Shown here: positions 1-14,533 of the stretch, in pieces
How the letters are laid out: each line of letters starts with the position of its first letter
How positions within the stretch are numbered: position 1 is the first letter of the stretch
From: the human T2T-CHM13v2.0 reference genome, Homo sapiens
DNA length: 64,000 nt
Strand: one strand, 5' to 3'
Assembly (NCBI RefSeq): GCF_009914755.1
Contig: NC_060934.1
Translations under genes and position numbers: made by a program
Notes under the pieces: model-generated
Databases searched by the model: none
Seen by the model: the letters and a program-made list of their open reading frames with translations, nothing else
What the model was told of the DNA's origin: nothing

Positions 1-605
1 CACTCCCATGTTTATTGCAGCACTATTCACAATAGCCAAGATTTGGAAGCAACCTAAGTGTCCATCAGCAGAAGAATGGATACAGAAAATGTGGTACATT
101 TACACAACGGAGTGCTCTTTAGCCATAAAAAGAATGAGATCCTGTCATTTGCAACAACATGGATAGAAGTGGAGGTCATTATAAGTGAATTAAGCCAGGC
201 ACAGAAAGACAAATTTTACATATTCTCACTTGTTTGTGGAAGCTAAAAATATTAAGACAATTGAACTTATGGAGATAGAGATTAGAATGATGATTACTAG
301 AGGCTGGGAAGAGTAGTAGCGGGGGAAGTGGGGATGGTTAATGGGTACAAAAATATACTTAGATAGAATTAATAAGATCTAGTGTTTGTTAGAACAAGAG
401 GATGACTATAGTCAACAATAGTTTATTGCACATTTCAAAATAACTAAAAGAGTATAATTGGATTGTTTGTAATACAAAGAATAAATGCTTGAAGTCATTT
501 ACCCTGATGTGATTATTACTCATTGTATGCTCGCATCAAATATCTCATGTACCCCATAAATATATATATCTACTATGTGTCCACAAAAAATTTTTAAAAA
601 TAATA
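1..605 (+). mobile_element. L1 (L1MA-type) 3' end, truncated by window start
   Basis: ORF2 C-terminal/3'UTR motifs (cccatgtttattgcagcactattcacaatagccaag ... atctcatgtaccccataaatatata) followed by an A-rich tail. Confidence 0.85.
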
Positions 606-667
606 AGAATTGGCTTAAAAAATGCTGTTTCCTGGGCCCCACCCTAGACTGATGGTCAGATACCTAA

Positions 668-1616
<949 letters not shown>

Positions 1617-1705
1617 TAGGAATGCTTCCACATTCTCTCAAACAAATTTTAGTCACAGTTTTGAATAACGTACTCTGGCTCAGCCATTGCAGGTCTCAAG
1701 CCGTT

Positions 1706-1760
1706 AGGTTTCATTTTCCTCCTCCCAACGATTTTAAATTAGTTTCACTTTCCAGTTTCC
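1706..1760 (+). promoter_or_regulatory. IFIT3: Tandem ISREs of the IFIT3 distal promoter
   Basis: AGGTTTCATTTTCC (1706-1719) and AGTTTCACTTTCC-AGTTTCC (1741-1760) match the ISRE consensus AGTTTCNNTTTCY. Confidence 0.9.
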
Positions 1761-1834
1761 TCTTCCTTCCCCTAAAAGCAATTACTCAAAAACGGAGAAA
1801 ACATCAGCTGATGCGTGCCCTACTCTCCCACCCC

Positions 1835-1843
1835 TTTATATAG
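1835..1843 (+). promoter_or_regulatory. IFIT3: TATA box, IFIT3 distal promoter
   Basis: TTTATATAG between the ISREs and exon 1A. Confidence 0.7.
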
Positions 1844-1941
1844 TTCCTTCAGTATTTACTTGAGGCAGACAGGAAGACTTCTGAAGAACAAATCAGCCTG
1901 GTCACCAGCTTTTCGGAACAGCAGAGACACAGAGGGCAGTC

Positions 1942-1946
1942 ATGAG
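1942..1946 (+). CDS. IFIT3: IFIT3 exon 1A coding part (ATG AG); exon starts at about 1864
   Basis: gcagtcATGAG|GTCAGT donor; joins exon 2 in frame (ATG AG|T GAG = M-S-E). Confidence 0.9.
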
Positions 1947-2639
1947 GTCAGTGAAATAAGAATGCATAATCATGCTTGTTTTTGAGTGCAAATTGTAAGT
2001 TGAGTTTCTTACTGTGCAGGCACATTCCTGAATTGTCCTGATGTTTATAGATTCAATATGTCTTTATCAGTCTGAGCATTTGTAAGATGTTTGAGGGGTT
2101 TTTCCCTGTGGCTTTTTTTGGTGTACACACAGGCTTCTTAAGTTTCTGGAATGGTTCCCTACGGAACTACATGGGGGGAGGCAGGGTGGGGAATGCATCA
2201 GCTCATGTTTCCTCCCTGTGTGCAGCTATTTCCTGCAATGAGAGGAAGGCTTGGCAGGAGCGGTGTATTTCACTCAGCCACAAACTTGGCTGATTCAAGG
2301 GTAGACCTAAGGGAATTACTCTTTTGGGTTTTTCTGTTATTGTCATTTTGTTTGAAAAGATTAAGTCACAGGCTTTTTTTCTTGTAATTTTAAAAGGAGG
2401 AATTTATTTTCAACAGATATTGTGAAAGATACAATCAGTACTGCAAACCCACTCATGAAGAAGGCAATTTTGCCCTGAAACGTTGCATTACTTTAAGGTG
2501 GGAAGTGGAAGAAACAATTCTTACAAATGGGCATTTTTGTCATTTCTTATATAAAAACAAACCCAAAGCTTAGCATTTATTTTTATTGATGTAGTGAATG
2601 CTGGTCAGCAGCAAAAAAAGAATTTCTCCTCAAAAGTGT

Positions 2640-2895
2640 AATGACCTAATCTATTATCTAAAACTAGTCTAATCTCTAATGGTGGGAAGCAGATCAGTGG
2701 TTGCCTGGAGATGGTGGGGATTGAGTAGGAAGGCTCCCAAAAGAATCTTTTTAGAATCATAGGAATAGTCTATAGGGAGGTAGTGATGGTGGCTACATAT
2801 GCATAAACATTTACCAAAACTCATCAGACTATACACTGAAAATGGGTGCATCTTATTGTATATAAAGCATAATCTCAGTAAACTTGATTTTTAAA
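2640..2895 (+). mobile_element. Old L1 (L1ME-like) 3' fragment
   Basis: agatcagtggttgcctgg ... aaaactcatcagactatacactgaaaatgggtgcatcttattgtat. Confidence 0.6.
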
Positions 2896-3634
2896 TTTAT
2901 ATATTGTCCTCCTGGAGTTCTTCAGGGGATAGCATGTTAGGGAGAACTAAGAGAAAAGGATGCCTTTCCCACCAAGCATCTCTAGGAAAGGAGTGAGGAG
3001 GTGATTGCCAGGGAGGGAAGACCCCATCGACCATTCAGGGGGGCAGAAAAGGAAAACTGGATTCCCTACCTTACTCTGCCCCAAGGACTTGAAGATGCTC
3101 TGCAATGTCATGTTTGGGGATGAGATGGGTAAGAGGAATTCACTGCCAAATACCTCAGTATATAGAATACCCTTTTATATAGAATAAGTTCCTGGTCAAG
3201 AGTGATGTTAATTGTGTCTGTGTGAGTGGGATTGACCAGAGAGCAAGGCGTCTTAGTAGCCAGCTTGCAGGAAAGGTTTTACAGGGTCCTGTCTTTAGGT
3301 GTGTCTATAGCCACTGACCTGAGGAGGTCTGAGGGGGGCTCTCTGAACTATGCTGGACTCAGGTTCACATCAAGGTGCTCCTATTTCCAGAGGCTATAGG
3401 AACAGGAAGAGATTGGGCTGCTCCTCCCCAGTTGTGCTAAAAATTTCCAAATGGGAAAATCACCTGGAGAACTCACTGGCACGTGCCAGCTGATGGGCAT
3501 CCTCCTCTGCCCCATCCACTGAGGAACTCTGTTGCTCCCTTTACACACTCACAAATTCACTTAAAATTATAACACAAATATATTAGTACCAGCAATCATG
3601 GTGGTAACATTTCTTTGTGATCTGTAGTTAGTGG

Positions 3635-4046
3635 TTTCATGCAAGTCCGTGTGAAGAGACCACCAAACAGGCTTTGTGTGAGCAACAAGGCTGTTTATTT
3701 CACCTGGGTGCAGGTGGGCTGAGTCCGAAAAGAAAGTCAGGGAAGGGAGATAGGGGTGGGGCCATTTTATAAGATTTGGGTAGGTAAAGGAAAATTACTG
3801 TCAAAGGGGGGTTGTTCTCTGGTGGGCAGGTGTGGGGGTCACAAGGTGCTCAGTAGGGGAGCTTTTGAGCCAGGATGAGCCAGGAGAAGGAATTTCACAA
3901 GATAATGTCATCGGTTAAGGCAGGAACAGGCCATTTTCACTTCTTTTGTGGTGGAATGTCATCAGTTAAGGCAGGAACTGGCCATCTGGATGTGTACATG
4001 CAGGTCACAGGATATGATGGCTTAGCTTGGGCTCAGAGGCCTGACA
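3635..4046 (-). mobile_element. Solo LTR7 (HERV-H LTR)
   Basis: tttcatgc..gtccgtgtgaagagaccaccaaacaggctttgtgtgagcaac ... ggcttagcttgggctcagaggcctgaca; 5-bp TSD agtgg at 3630-3634 and 4047-4051. Confidence 0.92.
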
Positions 4047-5022
4047 AGTGGGCACTGTGTTAAACACGTTTTACGCATGACCTCATATCACCCTTCCAAC
4101 AGCCCTAGGAAGTAAGAGCTATTATTTCTATTATTAGCCTCATTTTCTAGATGACCAAAATGGGGCTTAGAAGGGCAAATTACTTGCCCAAGACATCAGA
4201 TAGAGAGCAGGTGTCAGAGCAGAGTCATTAATGGAGGCACCAAACTCTACTGCTGATCATCTGACTCTATGCCCAATGGCCAAAAGGTGAAAGATCTTAA
4301 TGCTTTCAACTATGCTCACTTTAGAGAGGGGGCCAGGGATGGGCTTCCTATCTGGAGAGTAAGGGCCAGCCTTTGATGGTTACCCATGCCTTAGAGTGGC
4401 CAAAGCCACAAGAACTGAACCCAGATCTTGGAGAAGGGTGAAAGTGGTTCTCCCCAGGGCATAATTTTCTATCATTTGGATGAAGGGAAAAGGAAATTCA
4501 TCCTAGGGCATTTTAAGGATAAGGGAATGAGGCTCAGTGATATGACTCAAGAAATATCCCAGAACTAAGCAAAGAGGTCACTGAAATCCAGGTGTCCTGT
4601 GGTTTTCTTCCCTTCACTCAAGATTGCCTGATAATGCTGCTTAATTCACCACATTAGCTCCACAAATAAAGGGGAAAACTGCTTTTTAAAATACCTCTAT
4701 GACAGCACTTCTCAAAATGTGGTACAGGAACTCCTGCACTGAATTTCCAAGGCACTTGTGAAAACACAGGTTTCTAAGCTCACATCAGATTCACTGCACC
4801 AGAATCTCTGGGAGTAGGACCGCATAGTCAGTACTGTCAATATACAATAATCAGAAGGCTCAGGATCCAGTTAAAAGAGTTTATTCAAGCAAAAAGTTGA
4901 GGGCAGCAGTCCCAGGAGTAGAGCTGCACCCAAGAATGGTGAACAGTACTTCCAGTGTAGAGAAAAATGAGGACTGTTTACATAGGCAAAGACAGAGGTG
5001 TTCAACAGAATGACAACTTCTC

Positions 5023-5342
5023 TTGTTGTTGTTGTTTTTGTTGTTGCTGTTGTTGTTTTTGAGACAGAGTCTCACTCTGTCACCCAGGCTGGAGTGCAGT
5101 GGCCCGATCATGGCTCACTGCAGCCTCAGACTCCTGGGCTCAAGGGATTCTCCTACCCAGCCTCCCAAGTAGCTGGGACTATAGGAGCACGCCACTATGC
5201 CTGGTTAATTTTTTTGTATTTTAGTAGCAATGGGGTTTTGCCATGTTGGTCAGGTTGGTCTTGAACTCCTGACCTTAAGTGATGCACCCACCTTGGCCTC
5301 CCAAAGTGCTGAGATTACAGGCGTCAGCCACCGTGCCTGGCC
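5023..5342 (-). mobile_element. Alu
   Basis: Reverse Alu with (TTG)n-derived tail. Confidence 0.93.
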
Positions 5343-5447
5343 AACATTTTCCATACAGAGGCTAACATACAGATATACAATTTGATTGGCTACTATTGAT
5401 TACAGTCCAAGGGAATTGCTTAATATTCTTTTGTAAAGAGGTAACAT

Positions 5448-5787
<340 letters not shown>

Positions 5788-5817
5788 CTACGTTTTAATA
5801 AAGACTAGGTTGTCTGA

Positions 5818-6045
5818 GGCCGGGCACGGTGGTGCAAGGCTATAATCCCAGCACTTTGGGAGGCCAAGGCGGGCAGATCATGAGGTCAGGAGTTCGAGAC
5901 CAGCCTGACCAACATGGTGAAACCCCGCCTCTACTAAAAATACAAAAATTATCCAGGCATGGTGGTGCACGCCTGTAATCCCAGCTACTCAGGAGGCTGA
6001 GGCAGGAGAATCACTTGAACCCGAGAGGCAGAAATTGCAGTGAGA
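5818..6045 (+). mobile_element. Alu, 3'-truncated
   Basis: Alu sequence stops at gcagtgag with no tail. Confidence 0.9.
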
Positions 6046-6299
6046 CTAGGGAGTCTGGTTAACATGTAACCCCTCACCACACAGGTCAAAGAGCAACAGT
6101 CATGCACCTGAGAAAAAAAACAGTCACGTTACGTGAGTCAGTTTTCAGGGCTTAACTTTGCCTCTTGACATAACACATTTGGAAGCTTCTAAAATTTTAT
6201 TTTCTTTTTACAGTGCCTTTTTACAACTTTCAAACCACAGTTTTCCAAATCTGTCTGGAACATGTTCCTGGCGTGAGTGAGCTCAGTTCTCACAGATTG

Positions 6300-6372
6300 T
6301 GTTTCAGTTTCCCCTCAAGAGGGATCTTGATAGGGTTCCATCAGTTTCACTTTCCTTTCCCCTTTCATAAAA
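6300..6372 (+). promoter_or_regulatory. IFIT3: ISRE pair and TATA-like box of the IFIT3 proximal promoter
   Basis: TGTTTCAGTTTCCC (6300-6313), AGTTTCACTTTCC (6343-6355), CATAAAA (6366-6372). Confidence 0.9.
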
Positions 6373-6489
6373 GCACAGACCTAACAGCACCCTGGGTGGA
6401 AACCTCTTCAGCATTTGCTTGGAATCAGTAAGCTAAAAACAAAATCAACCGGGACCCCAGCTTTTCAGAACTGCAGGGAAACAGCCATC

Positions 6490-6494
6490 ATGAG
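6490..6494 (+). CDS. IFIT3: IFIT3 exon 1B coding part (ATG AG); exon starts at about 6395
   Basis: gccatcATGAG|GTAAAT donor, same phase as exon 1A; the UTR is homologous to exon 1A. Confidence 0.9.
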
Positions 6495-7423
6495 GTAAAT
6501 AGTCCCTGCTTCTCTGATAGGAAACAGAATTTCTTATGTACAACTTCCTGACTTATGCTATTTCAGTGTTTGCTTAGAGATGAAATATGCATTTATCTAA
6601 TTCAAGCATAAATCTGCCTTACCAATTCATGCATTTTTATTTCTGTAGCTCTTTGTGATGTATAGAGATAGGCAGCCAAAGGACACAGGGAAATGGGAGC
6701 TGGGAGCTGGGAAGGGACGGGGCATATTGAGAGATCCTAGAGAGCCCATGCTCAGATCCTTTCAGGTAAAATCGGGCCAGTGAAAGCTGGGGCCTGGAGG
6801 GAAGTTACTGGAGGTCCTGGTTCGTCTTTTGTTTCTTATATTTAGAAAGCCTAAGTCAGAGGTTTGTGGTTTTGTTGTGACTGTGGTTATTTTTAAACCA
6901 TGCTTGCTTCTCAGCAAATGTGTCAATAATTAATTCAGCACTGCAAAATTCCAATTTATATTGAGGTCACTTTTACCTTGAAATGCACTTTTTCATAATT
7001 GGGGGATATGTCTACTTGAGTTGTCCTCTAGCAGGTCTAGTGACCTGCTAAGCCTCCCACGTGATCAATGAACAGGGAGAAGGTGTTGCTTGCAGTCTCT
7101 CAAACTGTGTTCTGCGAGTGGCCTGAATCATATCAACCTGAGTCTTCTAATAGAATGCAAATTTCTAGGTCCTGCATTCTGAAATCCTGATTGAGTAAAA
7201 CAGAAATAAGGTCCAGAAACAAACATATATTTAAAGAGGACCACAAGTACTTCATAGGCATACTGAATGGCTTACAGAAGAAATGTCCATCTCCAAATCC
7301 TCTCTTCCTTAAATGCATACAAGGCTTCCTGCATTGTATGTGTGTAAATGTGAAGGAGGAAACCCCAAGAGGCAGGAGGGGGGAGGGGTGGGAAGAATGT
7401 TGAAATAAAGCAAAGCTTGTTTC

Positions 7424-7559
7424 TGGGCACAGTGGCTAAGCCTGTAATCCCAGCACTTTGGGAGGCTGAGGCAAGAGGATTGCTTGAGCCCAGGGGCTCC
7501 AGACCAGAATTGGCAACAAAGTGAGACCTACAAAAAAACAAAAATAAAATAAAAATAAA
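7424..7559 (+). mobile_element. Alu monomer (FLAM-like)
   Basis: Left-arm-type monomer with A-rich tail. Confidence 0.8.
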
Positions 7560-7639
7560 GCAAAGTTTGACTGTTTAAAGGGTAATTTAAGTATGAGAAA
7601 CTGGTGATTGGAAATCACTGCCAAAAAGGGAAGTCTTCC

Positions 7640-7790
7640 CAGAGCCTTGCTGCTCACAGTGTGGTCTGAAGCTGAGATCCCCCGGGAGGTTGTAAGAAAG
7701 GTAACATCCCAGCTTATCTGAATCCAGATCTGCATTTTAAAAAGATCTCCAGATGTTTGTGTCCATATGTACATTAAAGGTTGAGAAGTC
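7640..7790. mobile_element. MER5-type hAT-Charlie fragment
   Basis: tgctcacagtgtggtc ... atctgcattttaaaaagatctccag ... aaggttgagaag. Confidence 0.55.
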
Positions 7791-8321
7791 CGGCTCTGGA
7801 GAGTTCCTTCACTTGCTTTCTGAAGTGATGGACTCCTTGGATTGGGCCTGTTCTGACCAACCAACTGAGCACAGGTCTGCCAGTTCCTTCACGTAGTCAG
7901 TTGGAGCATAACCAGCACATGCTGGGGACAAGCTGCACATGTGCAGACAAGAGTGGGGAAATCCCCACTCTTACCACTTCAAGAAAGCCACTTTCTGAAA
8001 ATTTCAAGATTCTACTCTAGTAATAGCTTTGACTGGGAAGGAGATGTGGTATCTACCCTGGAGTCTGTGGGCAAGACAGGTGGTCATGATCTGGGTTAGG
8101 TGAGAGACTGTAACTATGTTGATTCTGGGGATTTCCTAAGGACTAGCAGCACTAGCTTTAACTGCTTTAGTAAGCGAAATCTTATGTCTGCAATCCGAGG
8201 TCATGGGAAATCTCTTTCTGGACCTGAGGGAATCCTATCTCCCTAAGGTCTTCTACTAGATGCAGATCCAGGTAGGACTGGCATTCTACTCCCCAAGTTT
8301 CACCTGAACCTAGCTATTCTG

Positions 8322-8658
<337 letters not shown>

Positions 8659-9862
8659 ACCTAGCTGTTCTTTATCAAGTGACTGTAGTCATCATCCCAC
8701 CTGCCTGCTTGTATTTATTTAAATATCTGCATTAATTACTGTTAACTAACTTATTTATACATATAAGAAGTATTCAGAGTAACTTTCAAAAACACATATG
8801 AGATAAATTATTAAGTGAGGAAACCTTGGCAATTGGAGTATTTGTTTTAAGAGGGCAATAGTATTATAATGAAAACCTCCTGACCTGTGGCTCTGGGGTT
8901 CATGTTTCTTCTTATCGAGGTCTCAGGCCTTCCAGTCCAATATATTTTGCTCCAAATTTTACTTCAAGGAGAGATCAAGTATCAAATACCTCATCAAATT
9001 GGAGACTTTAGGGAGTAAGGCTTAGGAAAAATCAAGAGAATCAAGGGACCCAATTTTCAGTGGGTTTTATAATCATAAAGCCACATGAGTAGTTGACTAT
9101 CTTCCTGAATAAATTGTTCCATGTTATCATTAAATGTCTCAGCCTGGCCAGCTCTCGCATTGGTAAAGCATTGGTGGGGATGGAATATCCCTGAGAGATC
9201 CATATTCAGAGCTCTTTCACAAGTCCAGAAATGTTCAGTGTGCTTTTCTGCTTGTCCAACACTTTCTTGAGCAATTGATATCTTCTGAAGCTGACACATG
9301 ACAGGGTGGAAGTATGTTTCATCTCAGAGGGAGAATCTTGAGCTATAAGTGCTTAAAATTTAGTTTGGTAAGATCCCTGGTGCATTGATATGTCAAAGCC
9401 TTCTGCCCTCCAAAAAAAAAAAAAAAAGAGAGAGAGATAGTGTCATCAGACTTGCAAGGTGGTTTCCGGTTTCGTTGAGGCAAATACATCCAACAATACA
9501 TCCAACATCACCTGTCATCCTGCAGGTCCACTGGATACTCTCTATTAATTACTAGAGTGTTCAGCTATTTTTTTCAGGCACCCATATGTACCTACAAATC
9601 TGCAGATACATTCTATTGATCTGAGACTCACACTTTCTCCTTTTAACCTTCCTAATTCACACATCAGCAAAGTTAACTCATGTTTCCATGACTTTATTAT
9701 GATTTAGTGGCATAACAGATATAAGCAGAGTTGTTCAATTATCATCGTTATAACTTACTTTTGGTATTCATTTTTTAAATAATTGCTAACTTGACTTTTG
9801 ACTTGTAGTCCTTCATACAGGGTAGTTAGAATACCCAGGTAAAGCCAAATTGAAAACCCCTA

Positions 9863-9988
9863 GGACCAGGTGTGGTGGTTCACACCTGTAATCCCAACAC
9901 TTTGGTATGTCGAGGCAGAAGGATTGCTTGAGACCAGGAGTTTGAGACCACTCTGGGCAATATAGTGAGACCCTGTCTCTGCAAAAAA
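9863..9988 (+). mobile_element. Alu monomer (FLAM-like)
   Basis: Monomer followed by a GA-rich tail. Confidence 0.8.
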
Positions 9989-10130
9989 AGGAAGGAAGGG
10001 AGGAAAGAAGGAAAATAGGGAGGGAGGAAGGGAGGGAGGGAGGGAAGGAAGGAAGGAAGGGAGGAAAGAAGGAAAATAGGGAGGGAGGAAGAGAGGGAGG
10101 GAGGGAAAGAAGGAAGGAAGAAAGGAAGGA
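9983..10130. repeat. Polypurine (GGAA/GGAG)n tract with an internal ~61-bp duplication
   Basis: Nearly pure G/A; gaaggaagggaggaaagaaggaaaatagggagggaggaag occurs twice. Confidence 0.9.
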
Positions 10131-11252
10131 CCCTATAATAGACAGGGAAGATATTGACACTGGAACCCTAGACAGGGACCAAGAAAAGGAAAAGGACTGT
10201 CCCCAAATCAAAGCACACACATAAAGAGGATAGCCGGATGTAGATGGCAACTTCCCTCCTCACTCCCATTGCCCTTGAGTTGATTCTGCATCTCTCACTA
10301 TAAAGCATTTCATGTGCAATCATATTGGGCCAAAAATGGTTTAGATCAGCATTACTGGAGAGACAGACAGGAAGTATAATAGATCAGTACACTTGCAGTA
10401 GCGGTGTGAGGGCCAGTGCTCGTCCATGGTAAATTGCAAATAAAGTCAATGGCTCCTTGTAGAACAAAATGCATTCAATTTAAAGAATTTTGTTTATTCT
10501 GAGATTACTTTTTCAGTGGCAAGGAAAATTCTTTCTTTTCTATCTTTTAAAATAAAATATTGGTCAGAATAGATGGTTGGTATCTTTTCAGATACATTAG
10601 CAGCCCTATTTGGTTCATAACTTTTTTTCTGAAATTGTGCTTGTCTGTGAAATCCAAAAATAAGGACACTTGGTTTAATGATTTCTGGAGGTTCTTTCCA
10701 ATCTTATGGTGCCGTGACTCCACTGGTAAGAAGGAAGAAGCACAAACTCAAGAGTGAGGGACATACAGCCCAAGCCCCAGGCAAATGTAGATAATGGGAA
10801 CACACTTAGAGAACTCTTGCAATTTATCCAGCTAAATAAGGCAAGTGATCTCCTTTAGTATCTTCCAACTACAAAACAAAAATGAGTCCATTTTGTTTGT
10901 TTGTTGCAACAAATTCATTCTGTCTGGGAATCTGGCCTGTGTGGTGGGGAGACTACTTCAGTCAGACTCAAGCTGAGCCTCCGTGGGTCTGTTTGTAAGT
11001 GGTGGAAAAGATGAAGGGAAAAATACCTAAATCACATAACATGTTGGCAGACATATCTGGGCTTTTATTTCTTTACATGTCTCCTAACAAAACTGAAAGC
11101 ACCTGGCGGGCAGAGAAGGTTGGGATAATCTCTATTTTTCTTAGTATCCATAATATCTAATAAAGTGACAAAAAGAGGTAGCCCAATAAAGAGTCATGGG
11201 ATAGCTAAACAAACCTTACCCAGAATGTACAAGGAATGAGAACTGACTTGGT

Positions 11253-11568
<316 letters not shown>

Positions 11569-11735
11569 GACTTGGTAATTGAGCAGCGTGAGAGAGATCT
11601 CATTTCCTGTCACTGAAGCTGCCTCCTCTTACCCATCTTACCTCACCTCCTGCATATCTGCTTACACGGTGTAAGGGATGTGCTTTGTGGGTGTCTGCAC
11701 AGACTGTAGCTAAAGAAAAGTGAATGTAGGAAGCA

Positions 11736-12028
11736 ACTTACAATTTTTCCAACCTTGTGATGGTACAAAAGTGATAATTCCATTCTTGTTTTTCACTTAA
11801 AATACAGTATTCAATAAGTTACATGAGATACTCAACACTTTAGTATAAAATAGGCTTTGTGTTAGGTGACTTTGCCCCACTGTAGGCTAATGTAAGGGTT
11901 CTGAGCACATTTAAGCTAGGCTAAGCTATGGTAGGTTAGATGTATTAAATGCATCTTTTTATTTACAATGTTTTCAATTTATGATGGGTTTATCAGGATA
12001 TAACCCCATCATAAGTCAAGGAACATCT
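11736..12028. mobile_element. MER6-like TcMar-Tigger element
   Basis: ataggctttgtgttaggtgactttgcccc..ctgtaggctaatgtaag ... aaccccatcataagtcaaggaacatct. Confidence 0.7.
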
Positions 12029-12476
12029 ATATATAAAGAGATTTATTATGAGGAATTGGCTCACCTGATTATGGAGACTGGCAAGTCCCATAATCTGTTG
12101 TCTGCAAGCTGGAGACCAAGAAAAGTTGATGGTGTAGTCCCAGTCCAAGTCTAAAAGTCTGAGAACCAGGTAAGCCAATGGTGAAAGTTCTAGTCCAAGT
12201 CTAGTCTAAGGGCAGAAAAAGACCAATGTCCTAGCTCAAGCAGTCGGTCAGAGGGAGAATTCTCCCTTCCTCTGCCTTTTTGTTCTATTAAGGCCCTCAA
12301 CAGAATGGATAACGCCCACCCATACTGGGGAGAGCAATCTGCTCTACTCAGTCCACCAATTCACATGTTCATGTCTTCCAGAAACAACCTCACATACATA
12401 CCCAGAAATAATGTTGGACCAAATATCTGGGCATCCTGTGGCCCAGTTCAATTGACATATAAAATTAATGATCACA
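12029..12476 (-). mobile_element. MLT2 (ERVL) LTR
   Basis: gagatttattatgaggaattggctcac ... ttgacatataaaattaatgatcaca. Confidence 0.8.
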
Positions 12477-12530
12477 GGGTGCAGTGCTTGGCAGTGTACA
12501 TCACAGTGACCATGTTTATTTTCTCCACAG

Positions 12531-13998
12531 TGAGGTCACCAAGAATTCCCTGGAGAAAATCCTTCCACAGCTGAAATGCCATTTCACCTGGAACTTATTC
12601 AAGGAAGACAGTGTCTCAAGGGATCTAGAAGATAGAGTGTGTAACCAGATTGAATTTTTAAACACTGAGTTCAAAGCTACAATGTACAACTTGTTGGCCT
12701 ACATAAAACACCTAGATGGTAACAACGAGGCAGCCCTGGAATGCTTACGGCAAGCTGAAGAGTTAATCCAGCAAGAACATGCTGACCAAGCAGAAATCAG
12801 AAGTCTAGTCACTTGGGGAAACTACGCCTGGGTCTACTATCACTTGGGCAGACTCTCAGATGCTCAGATTTATGTAGATAAGGTGAAACAAACCTGCAAG
12901 AAATTTTCAAATCCATACAGTATTGAGTATTCTGAACTTGACTGTGAGGAAGGGTGGACACAACTGAAGTGTGGAAGAAATGAAAGGGCGAAGGTGTGTT
13001 TTGAGAAGGCTCTGGAAGAAAAGCCCAACAACCCAGAATTCTCCTCTGGACTGGCAATTGCGATGTACCATCTGGATAATCACCCAGAGAAACAGTTCTC
13101 TACTGATGTTTTGAAGCAGGCCATTGAGCTGAGTCCTGATAACCAATACGTCAAGGTTCTCTTGGGCCTGAAACTGCAGAAGATGAATAAAGAAGCTGAA
13201 GGAGAGCAGTTTGTTGAAGAAGCCTTGGAAAAGTCTCCTTGCCAAACAGATGTCCTCCGCAGTGCAGCCAAATTTTACAGAAGAAAAGGTGACCTAGACA
13301 AAGCTATTGAACTGTTTCAACGGGTGTTGGAATCCACACCAAACAATGGCTACCTCTATCACCAGATTGGGTGCTGCTACAAGGCAAAAGTAAGACAAAT
13401 GCAGAATACAGGAGAATCTGAAGCTAGTGGAAATAAAGAGATGATTGAAGCACTAAAGCAATATGCTATGGACTATTCGAATAAAGCTCTTGAGAAGGGA
13501 CTGAATCCTCTGAATGCATACTCCGATCTCGCTGAGTTCCTGGAGACGGAATGTTATCAGACACCATTCAATAAGGAAGTCCCTGATGCTGAAAAGCAAC
13601 AATCCCATCAGCGCTACTGCAACCTTCAGAAATATAATGGGAAGTCTGAAGACACTGCTGTGCAACATGGTTTAGAGGGTTTGTCCATAAGCAAAAAATC
13701 AACTGACAAGGAAGAGATCAAAGACCAACCACAGAATGTATCCGAAAATCTGCTTCCACAAAATGCACCAAATTATTGGTATCTTCAAGGATTAATTCAT
13801 AAGCAGAATGGAGATCTGCTGCAAGCAGCCAAATGTTATGAGAAGGAACTGGGCCGCCTGCTAAGGGATGCCCCTTCAGGCATAGGCAGTATTTTCCTGT
13901 CAGCATCTGAGCTTGAGGATGGTAGTGAGGAAATGGGCCAGGGCGCAGTCAGCTCCAGTCCCAGAGAGCTCCTCTCTAACTCAGAGCAACTGAACTGA
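12531..13998 (+). CDS. IFIT3: IFIT3 exon 2; interferon-induced protein with tetratricopeptide repeats 3 (490 aa with exon 1)
   Basis: Acceptor tttattttctccacAG|; CHFTW motif, TPRs, C-terminal YEKEL; 5+1468 nt = 490 codons plus stop; matches the known protein MSEVTKNSLEK...SNSEQLN. Confidence 0.99.
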
Positions 13999-14133
13999 GA
14001 CAGAGGAGGAAAACAGAGCATCAGAAGCCTGCAGTGGTGGTTGTGACGGGTAGGAGGATAGGAAGACAGGGGGCCCCAACCTGGGATTGCTGAGCAGGGA
14101 AGCTTTGCATGTTGCTCTAAGGTACATTTTTAA

Positions 14134-14516
<383 letters not shown>

Positions 14517-14527
14517 TCACTGGTAGC

Positions 14528-14533
14528 AATAAA
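14528..14533 (+). terminator. IFIT3: Candidate proximal IFIT3 poly(A) signal
   Basis: AATAAA. Confidence 0.4.

Noticed and set aside
8060-8310. Possible further copy of the shared intronic element after exon 1B
   Set aside because: Only scattered short matches (ggtcatga, gacctgagg); cannot be supported without an alignment.
9813-10250. 145-aa Pro/Ser/Leu/Phe-rich ORF
   Set aside because: Reverse reading of the GA-rich repeat plus FLAM.
12484-12530. N-terminal extension MLGSVHHSDHVYFLHS of the 504-aa ORF
   Set aside because: This is intron and polypyrimidine tract with a non-ATG start; the real start is in exon 1.
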